DNA of 63,983 bases, the filler included, from Malassezia furfur (lineage: Eukaryota): NCBI GenBank assembly GCA_052055015.1. It is 10 parts of 10 records of this genome, joined end to end, with 100 filler letters (N's around TTAATTAATTAA, not from the genome) between each part and the next. Parts side by side here need not be neighbours in the genome. Positions count along the whole stretch, not along the records: positions 46,721 to 53,223 come from JBQJIT010000540.1; positions 53,324 to 59,805 come from JBQJIT010000541.1; positions 59,906 to 63,983 come from JBQJIT010000705.1; 7 more parts are not named here. One strand, written 5' to 3'. This document shows, in pieces, positions 51,183-63,983 of the stretch (position 1 is its first letter; the number at the start of each line of letters is the position of its first letter). The notes under the pieces were generated by a model that was given only the letters and a program-made list of their open reading frames with translations, was not told the origin of the DNA and ran no database searches. A program made the translations under genes and the position numbers.

Positions 51183-52931
51183 ATGGGCCTCTTCCAAGAG
51201 TGGGTAGACGGCTTCAAACCCGCCGAGGCCTCCGGGTTCGGCAAGGACCCCAGCTATGGTGGTGAATTCGACGAAGAGATGGACAAGAAGCCCGAGGTGC
51301 TGGGCGACGGCGACTTTTCCAACGCCGTCACCACCGTCCAGACGGAGGACGGCGGCATTGCCTACGTCCCCGAGAAGACGCCCCTCAAGCGCCGCCTCGA
51401 GGGCCGTCACATCCAGTTTATCGCGCTGGGTGGTGGTATCGGTACCGGTCTGTTTATTGGTTCGGCCTCGTCCCTGAGCACGGCCGGTCCTGCGTTCTTG
51501 ATTGTCGACTTCTTGATTATGGGTATTATGCTTGTGTTTGTCATTTTCGCGCTGGGTGAGCTGGCGTGTGTGCTGCCGGTGTCGGGTGCGTTTGCTACGT
51601 ACGCGTCGCGCTTTGTGGATCCCGCGTGGGGCTTTGCGATGGGCTGGAACTACTACCTCCAGTGGCTCATTGTGACGCCGCTCGAGTTTGTTGCTGCCGC
51701 CCTCGTCATCTCGTTCTGGGACACCGAACAAAAAGTATCACCAGGAATTTGGATCATGATCTTCTTCCTGGTGCTTATGGTGATCAATTTGTTCGGCGTA
51801 CGTGGGTATGCGGAGGCCGAATTCATCGCTACCTTTATCAAAGTCATCACGGTCATTGGTCTCATTTTTGCCCTGATTGTGATTGACTGTGGTGGTGTGG
51901 TCGGCGGCCCGAGCTACATGGGCACGCACACCTGGTGGGACCCGGGCGCGATCAACAACGGCTTCAAGGGTTTCTGTACCGTGTTTACCGGTGCCGCGTT
52001 CGCCTTCAACGGCTCCGAGCTGGTCGGTCTGGCTGCCGCCGAGACCAAGGAGCCGCGCAAGGTGCTGCCCAAGGCCGCGAAGCAGATCGTGTTCCGTATC
52101 GTGGTGTTCTACCTGCTGTCGCTCTTCCTCGTGTCGCTCATCGTGCCTTACAACGACGAGAGGCTGACGAACGCGAGCCACCCGTACGACCCGCGCACCT
52201 CGCCCTTTGTGATTGCGCTCGAGATCGGCAAGGTCAAGGCGCTGGCGCACATTGTCAATGCCGTGATCATCATCTCGACGCTGTCGGTGGCCAACTCGGG
52301 TGTCTATGCGGGCAGCCGCACGATGCTCGCCCTTGCCGAGCAGGGCTTTGCGCCGAAGATCTTCAAGTACGTCGACCGCGAGGGCCGTCCCCTTCCGGCG
52401 ACGCTGCTGTCGCTCGCGTTTGGTGCGCTTGCCTTCCTCGTGTACTCCTCGGACGAGGGCACGATTTTCAGTTGGCTGCTGCAGATCTCGGGTCTCTCGG
52501 GCATCTTCACGTGGGCCTCGGTGTGTCTGTGCCACATTCGTTTCCGCCAGGTGTGGACCATGCAGGGCCACTCGCTGCGCGAGCTGCCGTGGGCGTCGCC
52601 GCTCGGCGTGTACGGTTCGTGGGCGGGCCTGGTGCTCAACATCCTCGTCATTGCCGCGAACGTGTACATTGGTGCGTTCCCGATCGGCGAGGGCGACGAG
52701 TCGCCCAACGACCGTGCGTACGACTTCTTCAACGCCAACATTTCGCTTGTGGTCATCCTCGTCTTCTTCCTGGGCTACAAGCTGGTCTACCGCACGCGCT
52801 TTGTGCGCCTGGAGGAGATGGACATCCACACCGGTCGTCGCGACCCGGTCAGCGAGGAGGTCCTCGAGCAGGAGCGCGCCGAGGCGCGTGCGCGCCCGCT
52901 CTGGAAAAAGATCCTGCGCGCCGTCTTCTAA
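51183..52931 (+). CDS. Amino-acid permease (APC/YAT, Gap1-like), tandem copy 3
   Basis: ATG 51183 MGLFQEWVDGFKP aligns with copy 1 MKFLQNWIDGFKP; RHIQFIALGGGIGTGLF; no intron. Confidence 0.93.
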   Translation: MGLFQEWVDGFKPAEASGFGKDPSYGGEFDEEMDKKPEVLGDGDFSNAVTTVQTEDGGIAYVPEKTPLKRRLEGRHIQFIALGGGIGTGLFIGSASSLSTAGPAFLIVDFLIMGIMLVFVIFALGELACVLPVSGAFATYASRFVDPAWGFAMGWNYYLQWLIVTPLEFVAAALVISFWDTEQKVSPGIWIMIFFLVLMVINLFGVRGYAEAEFIATFIKVITVIGLIFALIVIDCGGVVGGPSYMGTHTWWDPGAINNGFKGFCTVFTGAAFAFNGSELVGLAAAETKEPRKVLPKAAKQIVFRIVVFYLLSLFLVSLIVPYNDERLTNASHPYDPRTSPFVIALEIGKVKALAHIVNAVIIISTLSVANSGVYAGSRTMLALAEQGFAPKIFKYVDREGRPLPATLLSLAFGALAFLVYSSDEGTIFSWLLQISGLSGIFTWASVCLCHIRFRQVWTMQGHSLRELPWASPLGVYGSWAGLVLNILVIAANVYIGAFPIGEGDESPNDRAYDFFNANISLVVILVFFLGYKLVYRTRFVRLEEMDIHTGRRDPVSEEVLEQERAEARARPLWKKILRAVF

Positions 52932-53323
52932 GGGACTCTGCTGCCGGGGCTGGACGCGGTCGGGGCACCGCTGCGTGCCACACCTTTCTTCGTTCTTTTG
53001 TGTAGCGTGGTCTACGATTGTATAGGATGGCCATGGGCCTGAGAATATGGGTTTTGCATAGCGAATACGCCGGCGTGGGATCCAGGCTCGAGGGTAGGGT
53101 AGGGCAGGGCCGGCTCGTGCGCCGCCGACGCGTCGGACATGTGGAGGCCGGCGCGTCGCGACGCGCGACGATCTTCATGCCGCCCGACGCGTCGCACGAC
53201 CTGCTTGGCGCGCTGTTTGCCGGNNNNNNNNNNNNNNNNNNNNNNNNNNNNNNNNNNNNNNNNNNNNTTAATTAATTAANNNNNNNNNNNNNNNNNNNNN
53301 NNNNNNNNNNNNNNNNNNNNNNN

Positions 53324-53892
53324 CGAGCGACGAGCACAAGGCGGCGATCAGCACGCTCTTCCGCACGCTCGTGGCGCCCGCGCCGCCCGCCACGGCGGTG
53401 CTCACGCCCGTCGACCTGCTTGTGCTGCTGCATGTCGACGGCGAGGCGATCGGCCTCAAGGCGGCCGTCGTGGCGATCCAGCTGTGCTTTGGCATGACCG
53501 ACATTTTCCGGAACGAGGTGATGATGGCCGTGCTGAACCGTCTCGTGGACGAGGAGCGCATCCCGGTGCTGTTTATGCGCACGGCGATCCTCGCGATCAA
53601 GTCGTTCCGCTCGCTTGCGTCGTACGTGAGCACCAGTCTGCTCTCGCGCCTCGCCAAAAAGGAGATCTGGACCGAGCCGCGCCTGTGGGACGGGTTTGCG
53701 CTCTGCGCGAGCCTCACGGCGCCGACGTCGTTTGGTGCCCTGCTGCAGCTGCCGCGCGCGCAGCTCGAGCAGGTGGTCCAGAAGCAGCCGTCGATCCGCG
53801 ACCCGCTGCGCGACTATCTCATCTACAAGGCCGGCGGGCCGGCGCGGCACGCGGCACTGCTCGAGATGCTCGACCGGATGCCGAGTTCGTAG
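53324..53892 (+). CDS. Symplekin/Pta1 C-terminal domain, 5'-partial
   Basis: LTPVDLLVLLH, IPVLFMRTAI, LLSRLAKKEIW..PRLWDGF..C, LLQLP..QL. Confidence 0.85.
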
Positions 53893-53921
53893 CGTATGGA
53901 AGCGCCGTAGCCTTTTCCTAC

Positions 53922-56021
53922 TTACACGGACAGGTGCCAGCCGATGCGGTCGCCCCATCCTTGCTCGGTGAGCCCGCGTGCGATCTGCTCCACGTCCTTG
54001 TCGCCGCGCCCGCTGAGCGACACGATGATCTGCGCGTCGCTCGGGAACGTCTTGGCGAGCTGCACCGCCTGGTAGATGGCGTGCGACGACTCGAGCGCCG
54101 GGATGATGCCCTCGCGCTCCGTGAGCCAGCGGAAGCCCTGCAGCGCCTGGTCGTCGGTCGCGACGACGTACTCGGCGCGCCCGCTGTCCTTCAGGTACGC
54201 ATGCTCAGGGCCCACACCGGGGTAGTCGAGCCCGGCGCTGATCGAGTGCGTCTCCGTGACCTGCCCGTCGGCATCCTGCAGCAGGTAGGTGCGCACGCCG
54301 TGCAGCACACCTGGGCGCCCGCGCGCAAGCGTCGCCGAGTGGTGCTCGGTGTCGACGCCGTGCCCGCCGGCCTCGACGCCGATGAGGCGAACCGACGCAT
54401 CCTCCACAAACGGGTGGAAGAGGCCGATCGCGTTGCTTCCACCACCGACACACGCGACGACCGCGTCGGGCAGGCGGCCCGTCTCGGCGCGCAGCTGCTC
54501 CTTGGCCTCACGCCCGATCACCGACTGCAGGTCGCGCACAAGCGACGGGAAGGGGTGCGGGCCGATGGCCGAGCCGACGAGGTAGTGCGTGTTGGTGATG
54601 TTGGTCACCCAGTCGCGGTTCGCCTCGTTGATCGCGTCCTTGAGCGTCTTGCTCCCGCTCTCGACCGGCACGACCTTGGCGCCGAGCATCTTCATGCGGA
54701 ACGCGTTGAGCGACTGGCGGCGCACGTCTTCGGCGCCCATGTACACCACACACTCCAGGCCGAGCTTGGCGCACGCCGTGGCGGTCGCGACGCCGTGCTG
54801 CCCCGCGCCCGTCTCGGCGATGATGCGCGTCTTGCCGAGGCGCTTGGCAAGCAGCGCCTGGCCGATGGCGTTGTTGATCTTGTGGCTGCCCGTGTGGTTG
54901 AGGTCCTCGCGCTTGAGCCAGATCTTGGCGCCGCCCGCCATCTCGGTCAGGCGCTCGGCATAGTACAGCTCGCTCGGGCGCCCAATGTAGTTGTAGTAGC
55001 TGCGGAACTCCTCCCAGAACTTGGGGTCGTTGCGCGCCTGGTCGTACGCACGTTCCAGCTCGAGATGGCACTGGAAGAGCGCCTCGGGGATGTACTGCCC
55101 GCCGAACGCGCCGAAGCGCGGGTGCCGGTCCTCGATATTTTTGGTGACCACGCCGCTGGTGTCCGCCGGCGTCGTCGTCGCGTCGCGCCGCAGCGGGTGC
55201 CGCCGCGCAAGGCCGCCCTCCTTGATGCCGGTGATCTCCTCACAGAACGAGCGCGCGGCCTCGACGCGTCCCGCGGTCGTCGCCGGCTGCGCGTGCTTGA
55301 GGCGCTCCACGAGCTTGCTCCCGATCACCACACCGTCGGCCAGCTCGCCGACCTCGATAAAGTGGTCGCGCGTCGACACACCAAAGCCCACCGCGAGCGG
55401 CGCACTCGTCGCCGTGCGGATCTTGGACATCATGTCGCTCAGCGACGACGACACGCTTGCGGATGCACCCGTCGTGCCGAGCTTCGACACGACGTACATG
55501 AACGAGTCGGCGAGCGTCGACAGGTACCGCACACGGTCCAGGTCGGTGGTCGGCGCAATGAGCGGCACAAACGCCATCTGCTCCTTGCGGCACACACCCA
55601 AGAACGTCTCGGCCTCCTCCGGCGGTAGGTCGACCACAATGAACCCATTCACGCCCGCTTCGCGCGCCTCACGCACGGCGCGCTCCTCGCCGTACGCCAT
55701 AATGGGGTTGTAGTAGCCCATGAAGATCACGGGCACCTTGAGCCCACGCGCGCGCGCCTCGCGCACGTATGCCAGACACTGCGCATAGCCGACGCCGTTC
55801 GCCAGCGCAATTTTGTTGCTGTCCTGGATCGCAGGGCCGTCCGCCTGCGGGTCGCTGAACGGCACACCGACCTCGATCACGTCCGCGCCGCCCTGCTCGA
55901 GCGCAAGCAAAATGTCGGGCGTGTCCTCCTTGCCGGGGAACCCAGCGGTGACGAACGTCACAAACACCGCCTGATTCTTCTCATTCTTCCGCGCAAACGT
56001 CTCGTTGAGCAGCTGCGACAT
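53922..56021 (-). CDS. TRP5: Tryptophan synthase (fused alpha-beta)
   Basis: Alpha domain: [27 protein letters not shown]. Beta domain: [53 protein letters not shown]. Confidence 0.98.
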   Translation of the reverse strand: MSQLLNETFARKNEKNQAVFVTFVTAGFPGKEDTPDILLALEQGGADVIEVGVPFSDPQADGPAIQDSNKIALANGVGYAQCLAYVREARARGLKVPVIFMGYYNPIMAYGEERAVREAREAGVNGFIVVDLPPEEAETFLGVCRKEQMAFVPLIAPTTDLDRVRYLSTLADSFMYVVSKLGTTGASASVSSSLSDMMSKIRTATSAPLAVGFGVSTRDHFIEVGELADGVVIGSKLVERLKHAQPATTAGRVEAARSFCEEITGIKEGGLARRHPLRRDATTTPADTSGVVTKNIEDRHPRFGAFGGQYIPEALFQCHLELERAYDQARNDPKFWEEFRSYYNYIGRPSELYYAERLTEMAGGAKIWLKREDLNHTGSHKINNAIGQALLAKRLGKTRIIAETGAGQHGVATATACAKLGLECVVYMGAEDVRRQSLNAFRMKMLGAKVVPVESGSKTLKDAINEANRDWVTNITNTHYLVGSAIGPHPFPSLVRDLQSVIGREAKEQLRAETGRLPDAVVACVGGGSNAIGLFHPFVEDASVRLIGVEAGGHGVDTEHHSATLARGRPGVLHGVRTYLLQDADGQVTETHSISAGLDYPGVGPEHAYLKDSGRAEYVVATDDQALQGFRWLTEREGIIPALESSHAIYQAVQLAKTFPSDAQIIVSLSGRGDKDVEQIARGLTEQGWGDRIGWHLSV

Positions 56022-56050
56022 GGTGGGAAGAGTGGAACGCCGCTCCGCGC

Positions 56051-56059
56051 ATGACTCAG
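56051..56059. promoter_or_regulatory. Gcn4/CpcA (AP-1-type) site ATGACTCAG
   Basis: TGACTCA at 56052-56058, in the 46-nt gap between the TRP5 and RAD9 start codons. Confidence 0.5.
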
Positions 56060-56067
56060 CGCTCCAC

Positions 56068-57415
56068 ATGGAGTGGACCGTGGGGGGGGACAAGGTGCGC
56101 GGTACGTGCGCACGGCTCACGCAGCGCTCATCTACGGGCTCGCATGCCTGTATCGTTTCGGAGACCACTGCTGGATCAGCTGCGTGCGCGACCCACACGA
56201 TGCTCGCCTCCGCGTACGTGCCGCACTGCTCACCGACAGCTCCAGCTCTCCGACGTGAACGCGTCGAGCTCTGCGTACGGCCTGTTTGTGCTGCACGAGC
56301 GCTTCTTTGAGCGCATCCAGCTCACAGATGAGGACGTCGAGTGCCAGATTCATATCCGCGTACGTTGCATGCCTCACCACCCAGACCGTCCTCGCAGCGC
56401 TGCGGATGCGCGCGTCGATGCTCCGCTGCACCTTTGTGCTCGACGCACACGCCGAGCCGGCACGCCTCGAGATCCGCATCGAGTGCGAGCACGGTACGCA
56501 TGCTCTGCTCACCCAGGCGTCCAAAAACGGCACCGTCTCACCTACGAGGACCGCCCGGGATTATACCCCTCGATCGATGCGCACCCGCCGTTTGGGCTAA
56601 GCGTGCGCCCGGCGACCGCCAAGGAATGGATGGAGCACTTTATGAACAGCGGGAAAACGGGCGAGTGCTCGCTGCACTGCACACCGCATGCGTGTACGAT
56701 GCACAGCCGGCTCGACGCGCCGCCGGACCCCAAGGAGCATGTGCGCAACTCGATCCAGAGCGAGGTGCGGCTTCCGCTCTCTGAGATGCTCGAGTACGAC
56801 GTCACGGACGAGTGCACGGTACAGTTTTCGCTATGGGAGTTCCGCGCCGCGATCCACGTTGCCGAGCAGCTCGGTTCGTCGGTGTCGCTTGCGTTTGGGT
56901 ACGGCGGCGATCCCCTGTTTGTACGGCTGCACGTGTCCGACGCGCTCTCTGCCGAGTTTATCCTCGCGACAACCGGCGACGCGCCCGAAGACACAGCGCC
57001 CGCCCCCAAACCGCGCGCAGCGTCGCCCGACGTCGTACCTGTGCCGCCGCGCGCTGCGTCGCCAACGCCGCCGCGCGCCGCCTCGCCACCCGTGCCGGTG
57101 GCCGCCGATGCGACGCGCTCGAGTGACGACGAAGACCTGCTCGGCGCCCCGCGCGTCAAAGTAGAGGCTACGCCCGCGGCATCGCACCATCCGCCCTCGC
57201 AGGTGCCCCTGTCCCAGCTGCTGGTGCAGCCGACGCCGATCGGCGCGGGTGGGAACCGCGACGAGCACCCATCAGCGCTATTTTTCTCGTCGCCGAGCCC
57301 GCCACCCTCGACGCAAGACGACGCGCTTCCCCCCACACAGCCGCACGGCGCGCGCAAAAAGGTAGGTGTGACCCCCACAGGGAACTAACCCCCACAGTTC
57401 CGCCCCCTGTTCTAG
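56068..57415 (+). CDS. RAD9: 9-1-1 checkpoint clamp subunit Rad9/Ddc1
   Basis: [20 protein letters not shown]...[38 protein letters not shown], terminal FRPLF; introns at 56102-56124, 56214-56239, 56360-56384, 56494-56516 and 57362-57397. Confidence 0.85.
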
Positions 57416-57507
57416 GCGCGGATACGCACCTCCACTTTAGTGTTGGGCCAAAACACTCGGCAGTGCCTCTTTTCACTTTCTCACGAGGTCGTCTGTGCGC
57501 GTGGTAT

Positions 57508-59805
<2,298 letters not shown>

Positions 59806-60203
59806 NNNNNNNNNNNNNNNNNNNNNNNNNNNNNNNNNNNNNNNNNNNNTTAATTAATTAANNNNNNNNNNNNNNNNNNNNNNNNNNNNNNNNNNNNNNN
59901 NNNNNGTGGAGAAGAAGGCCTCCACCGGCGCCGATCGTGTGCTCCGTGCTCGCGATCGGGCCCGGAAGAGAACGGAGGTAAGTGAAGAGCGACGCAGAGC
60001 ACGGTGCCGCGCTCGCCGCACGGCCGCCAAAGAGTCTAGCGCAGTGCACCGTGCCAGGACCGCTCTGCGCGGGTGCAGTGCCGGCCGCACGGCGCTGCCG
60101 CCCCCTGCCAAGCGGCCCCGCCACGGCGCCACGCGCGGCGCCGACAGGCGCCGCTCGTTGTCGTTCATGTCGACGTTCCTCTATGCGTTTTCTACTCATA
60201 CGA

Positions 60204-60609
60204 CTAGGCATCCAGCATCGACGAGCCGCCCGACTGCGTGAGTGTGGGTGACGTACGTTGATCGCCTCCATCTCGGCCGGGCTCCAGCGCAGCGACGGCG
60301 TGTCCCAGAACCGCGAGGGCAGGTCGTAGATCGTGCTCGTCTCGTCGGCAGCCACAGGCTCGCCCTGCGCAGCGCCCTCGGCGCCGCCGTGCTTCACGAG
60401 CTTCTCCGGGTCGAAATGCGGGCCGCTGTCGTGCAGCTTCTTATAGTGGTCAAAGTTCTCCACGATCTCCTGTGGCGCATCCGGGTGCGGACGGGGCGCG
60501 TGCGATTCTGCATGAGGCGACACAACGTACCCTTGGGCGCCTTCCGGTCCGGGAAGCGCATCATCGGCTTGTATGTATGCGCGAGCCGCACCAGCGTCGG
60601 TCGAAGCAT
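60204..60609 (-). CDS. KGD4: Kgd4/Ymr31 (MRPS36-like) alpha-ketoglutarate dehydrogenase adaptor
   Basis: PMMRFPDR...PRPHPDAP...LPSRFW...SPAEMEAINSGG; 23-nt introns at 60508-60530 and 60234-60256. Confidence 0.85.
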
Positions 60610-60681
60610 CTTGGGTGTCGAGGCCAACCCGTGAAGCCACGGCTCGGCCGAATTTCGACCGTCGCCCACCTGCTTACCACT

Positions 60682-61005
60682 ATGACCGAGGTTGACCATA
60701 CGGCGTCGCTCGAGGAGGCTCAGGCTGCGCGTCTGCCCCTCGGCTACCGTGACGCATGCAGCGCGTACGTTGGACCATCTGACCCAAGTCTGCTGATCCC
60801 GCTTAACCAGTGCCGGCGGAAGACGCTGTACGCGCCGTGGAAGTGCGAGGAGGAGCGGTACGTCGGCACACCACTTACGCAGCCACACCTACGAGCGCTG
60901 CCAATACCAGGAGTAGGTTGCACAAACCACTGACCCAGTTTCCTTGCGCGCGAGAAGAAGCTGCGCCAAATGAAGCTGCAAGAGGCCGAGGCGGCCGAGG
61001 AGTAA
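60682..61005 (+). CDS. NDUFB7: Complex I accessory subunit NDUFB7 (B18)
   Basis: LPLGYRDACSALLIPLNQCR...PWKCEEERHTYERCQY (twin CX9C); introns at 60765-60788, 60858-60882 and 60913-60938. Confidence 0.92.
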
Positions 61006-61023
61006 AAACAGCTCCCGTAGGCG

Positions 61024-61792
61024 CTATCGTACACTGGGCGTGGAAGCCGCGCCCTGTTTGCTACCGACACCGTCGACCGTGTGGGTGGATGAGTTGGCCG
61101 CCGCGACGTCGTGGCGGTACAGCGCATCCTGCCGCAGCTCGAGAGCCTTGCCGATGAACCCAATATAGAATACGCGCGAGGTCTGCTGCGTCGCCGAGTC
61201 GGACTGCGAGTCAGCAGCGTTCACGTACCAGCATCACGCTGACGCTCTGTGTCTGTGCAAAGCGCGAGGCGCTCACGGGGTACGCTGTGACGCCCGGCGT
61301 CTGCTCGAGAAGCGCAAAGTCGGCCTGTGGCCGTGCGCCGCCCGCGGGAGCGACGTGCGCGCCGGGCACCGCGTCCATCTCGGCGGCAGCCTCGTCAAAG
61401 TCGATGCCGTTGGGCCGATTGACGAACAGCGTGCATCGCTGTGTGAGTCGGTAGACGTACGCGCGGCGCAAAGTCGCCGGTGCCCGGGTTAAGAAGGATG
61501 CTCTGCAGACGCACGGGACTCGTGAATGGCACGGTGATGATCATCTGTGTGAGCGTGCGCCACCTACCTGGTCGTCGACGCCGCTCTCGACCCACACGTC
61601 GGTGGTGTTGCGCGCGTCCCAGGGCTTGATGGCGTCCTTGGCGGACTCGGGGGGTTCGATATTTAGCCCATACACGCGGTCGCGGTCAATGTAGGTATAG
61701 AGGTTGTGCGCGTCGCCGTACGCGCCCGTCGCGTTGCCTGCCTCGGCGTTCGGCTCGCGGTCCAGCGCAGTTGCGTCGCCCCCGCACTGCAT
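61024..61792 (-). CDS. PITH-domain protein (PITHD1-like)
   Basis: NLYTYID...GLN...IKPWDAR...[24 protein letters not shown]...LFVNRP..IDFD...RVFYIGF.G; introns at 61545-61567, 61439-61460 and 61204-61228. Confidence 0.88.
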
Positions 61793-61872
61793 GGCGCCGG
61801 CGAACGCGTGGACGCTGGCCTTGGAGGTTGTGGAGGCATGTTGGCGCAGGTGTGCCGTCGCCTCCTGCAAGC

Positions 61873-63983
61873 ATGGTGCGTATGCAGCGACCCGACTGAC
61901 GTGCAGGGAGTGCCGGCATTGTTCCGATGGCTCTCGAAAAAGTACCCCAAGATCATCCAGAGTGTCGAGGAGGATGAGCCGGCGCGGATCCCTGGGCGCG
62001 ACGGCGAGGTGGTCGAGGTGCCGGTCGACATCTCGCGCCCGAACCCCAATGGCGAGGAATTCGACTGTCTGTACCTGGACATGAACGGTATTGTACATCC
62101 GTGTACGCACCCCGAGGGCAAGCCGCCGCCCCAGACGGAGGAAGAGATGATGACCGAGGTGTTTGCGTACACGGAGCGCGTCGTGAACATGATCCGACCG
62201 CGCAAGCTGCTCATGATGGCGATCGACGGCGTGGCGCCGCGTGCAAAGATGAACCAGCAGCGCAGCCGGCGCTTCCGCTCCGCGCAGGACGCGCAGATCC
62301 TGCTTGAGCAGCAGGAGAGCGAGCTCGAGGCGCGCAAGAGCCGCGGCGAGGCGGGCGCCGACGAGGTGGTGAAGCGGTCGTGGGACTCGAATGCGATCAC
62401 GCCCGGTACGCCGTTCATGGACCTGCTGGCGAACTCGCTGCGGTTCTGGATCGCGCACAAGCTCAACACGGACCCCGGGTGGAAGGACCTGTGCGTGGTG
62501 CTGAGCGACGCGAGCGTCCCCGGAGAGGGCGAGCACAAGATCATGGACTACATCCGGCGCAAGCGCAGTGATCCGAACCACGACCCCAACATGAAGCACG
62601 TTATCTACGGGCTGGATGCGGACCTGATCATGCTGTCGCTCGCGACGCACGAGCCCTACTTCAAGGTGCTGCGTGAAGACGTCTTTGCGCAGGACGCCAA
62701 GAACCGCGGGTGCCACCGGTGCGGCCAGGAGGGCCACATCGTCGCGCACTGCACCGGCAAGGCGCGGCCGAAGGACGAGGCGCCGAAGAAGCCGGAGAAG
62801 AAGCCGTTCATCTTCCTGGACGTGCCGACGCTGCGCGAGTACCTCGAGATCGAGCTGCTCGTGCCGGACACGCCGTTCCCGTTCGACCTGGAGCGCGCGA
62901 TTGACGACTGGGTCTTTCTGATCTTTTTTGTGGGCAACGACTTTTTGCCGCACCTGCCGAGCTTGGAGATCCGCGAGGGCGCCATCGATACGCTGCTGGG
63001 CATCTGGAAGCGCGAGCTGCCGCGCATGGGTGGCTACGTGACGAACAACGGCAAGGTCGAACTCGCACATGCGCAGTACATCCTCGACGGCCTCATGCAG
63101 TCCGAGGATGACATCTTCCGCAAGCGCAAAGAGACCGAAGAGCGCCAGGAGGCCAACGCGCGCCGGCGCCGGCAGCACGCCGACGCGGATGCGCAGCGCA
63201 GCGGGCGCGACAGCGACTCGCTGCAGCACGGCGATACAAGCTACGTCGAGGTGAAGCCCAAGGTCGAGATGCCCACCTTGCAGCCAGCACGGGCCACTGG
63301 CAAGGGGCCGGTGATGCTCGACGGCGACAGCATGGAGGTGGTGCGCAACCGCGCCCAGATCCGCATGGCCAACATCAGCGCGGCAGACGCGCTGCGCCAG
63401 GAGCTCGCGTCGAAGGGCAAGAAGGGCACGAAGCGCGCGGCGCCTGCGCCGGACGCAAGCCGCAAGCGCGAAAAGGTGGCGGACGCGGAAACGTCGGGCG
63501 ACTCGGCCGTATTCAAGTTGGATGAGGACGTGAAAGCGGCCGAGGCACCGGCCGAGCAGCGCGCCGCGTCGCTTGCCAGTGCGCTCGAAGGGGGGGATAA
63601 GCAAGCGGCGCAGGAGAGCGCCGAGGTCAAGGCAGAGGACGCCGGCGCTAGCGTCAAGGCAGAGGACGCCGACACCAGCATCAAGGCAGAGGACGCCGAC
63701 ACCAGCGTCAAGGCAGAGGATGCCGACACCAGCGTCAAGGCAGAGGACGCTGAAGACGACGACGAGAATGCCGACGACGACGACGACGACGATGATGCGC
63801 CGGACGTCCCGCCCGAGATCAAGGCCGTGGAGCGCAAGGTGAATGCGGACGGTACGGTGGACTACGAAGACACCGTCAAGCTGTACGAGCCCGGCTACCG
63901 CGAGCGCTACTACCGCCAAAAGTTTGGCGTGGAGCTGTCCGACGTCGCGTTCCGGCGCAAGGTGGTGCAGGCGTACGTCGAGG
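61873..63983 (+). CDS. RAT1: 5'-3' exoribonuclease 2 (Rat1/Xrn2), 3'-partial
   Basis: [17 protein letters not shown] (31-nt intron at 61876-61906), [52 protein letters not shown] knuckle, GNDFLPH; open to the window end. Confidence 0.96.
63626..63751 (+). repeat. 27-nt coding tandem repeat (4 full units plus 1 partial) encoding [VI]KAEDADTS
   Basis: Units of gtcaaggcagaggacgccgacaccagc start at 63626, 63653, 63680, 63707 and 63734. Confidence 0.92.

Overview
The window is not one locus. It is ten unrelated small contigs of a very gene-dense, high-GC fungal genome, joined by an artificial 100-nt linker (N44-TTAATTAATTAA-N44). The complete contigs fall steadily in length from 6627 to 6482 bp, so they are size-sorted and adjacency across linkers means nothing. 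Gene content, compaction and tiny GT-AG introns point to a basidiomycete yeast, most likely Malassezia (inference; possibly a hybrid or heterozygous M. furfur-like strain). About 45 genes or gene fragments can be read, mostly housekeeping: COP1, ROT1, GPI16, formin, eRF1, PAN2, PRP22, UBA2, PRE2, HOM6, ERG11/CYP51, RAD50, RPL8, three tandem amino-acid permeases, TRP5, RAD9, STE20, RAT1 and others. Most long ORFs in the supplied track are antisense shadows. The most striking features are: (1) 39 of 40 hand-mapped introns are only 21-36 nt (mode 23), including a 21-nt intron whose removal restores a Nudix box; (2) a whole 6.6-kb contig is a diverged inverted repeat of a ribosomal-L1-domain gene plus a TPR-less O-GlcNAc transferase half, most likely two homeologs joined by the assembler; (3) divergent ATGs lie only 34-46 nt apart and convergent stop codons abut with no gap; (4) a candidate p31comet (HORMA) gene; (5) the one long intron (RPL8 intron 1) folds into a stem-loop. 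No rRNA, tRNA, CRISPR or transposon could be supported. All family calls come from motif recognition by eye, not from database searches.
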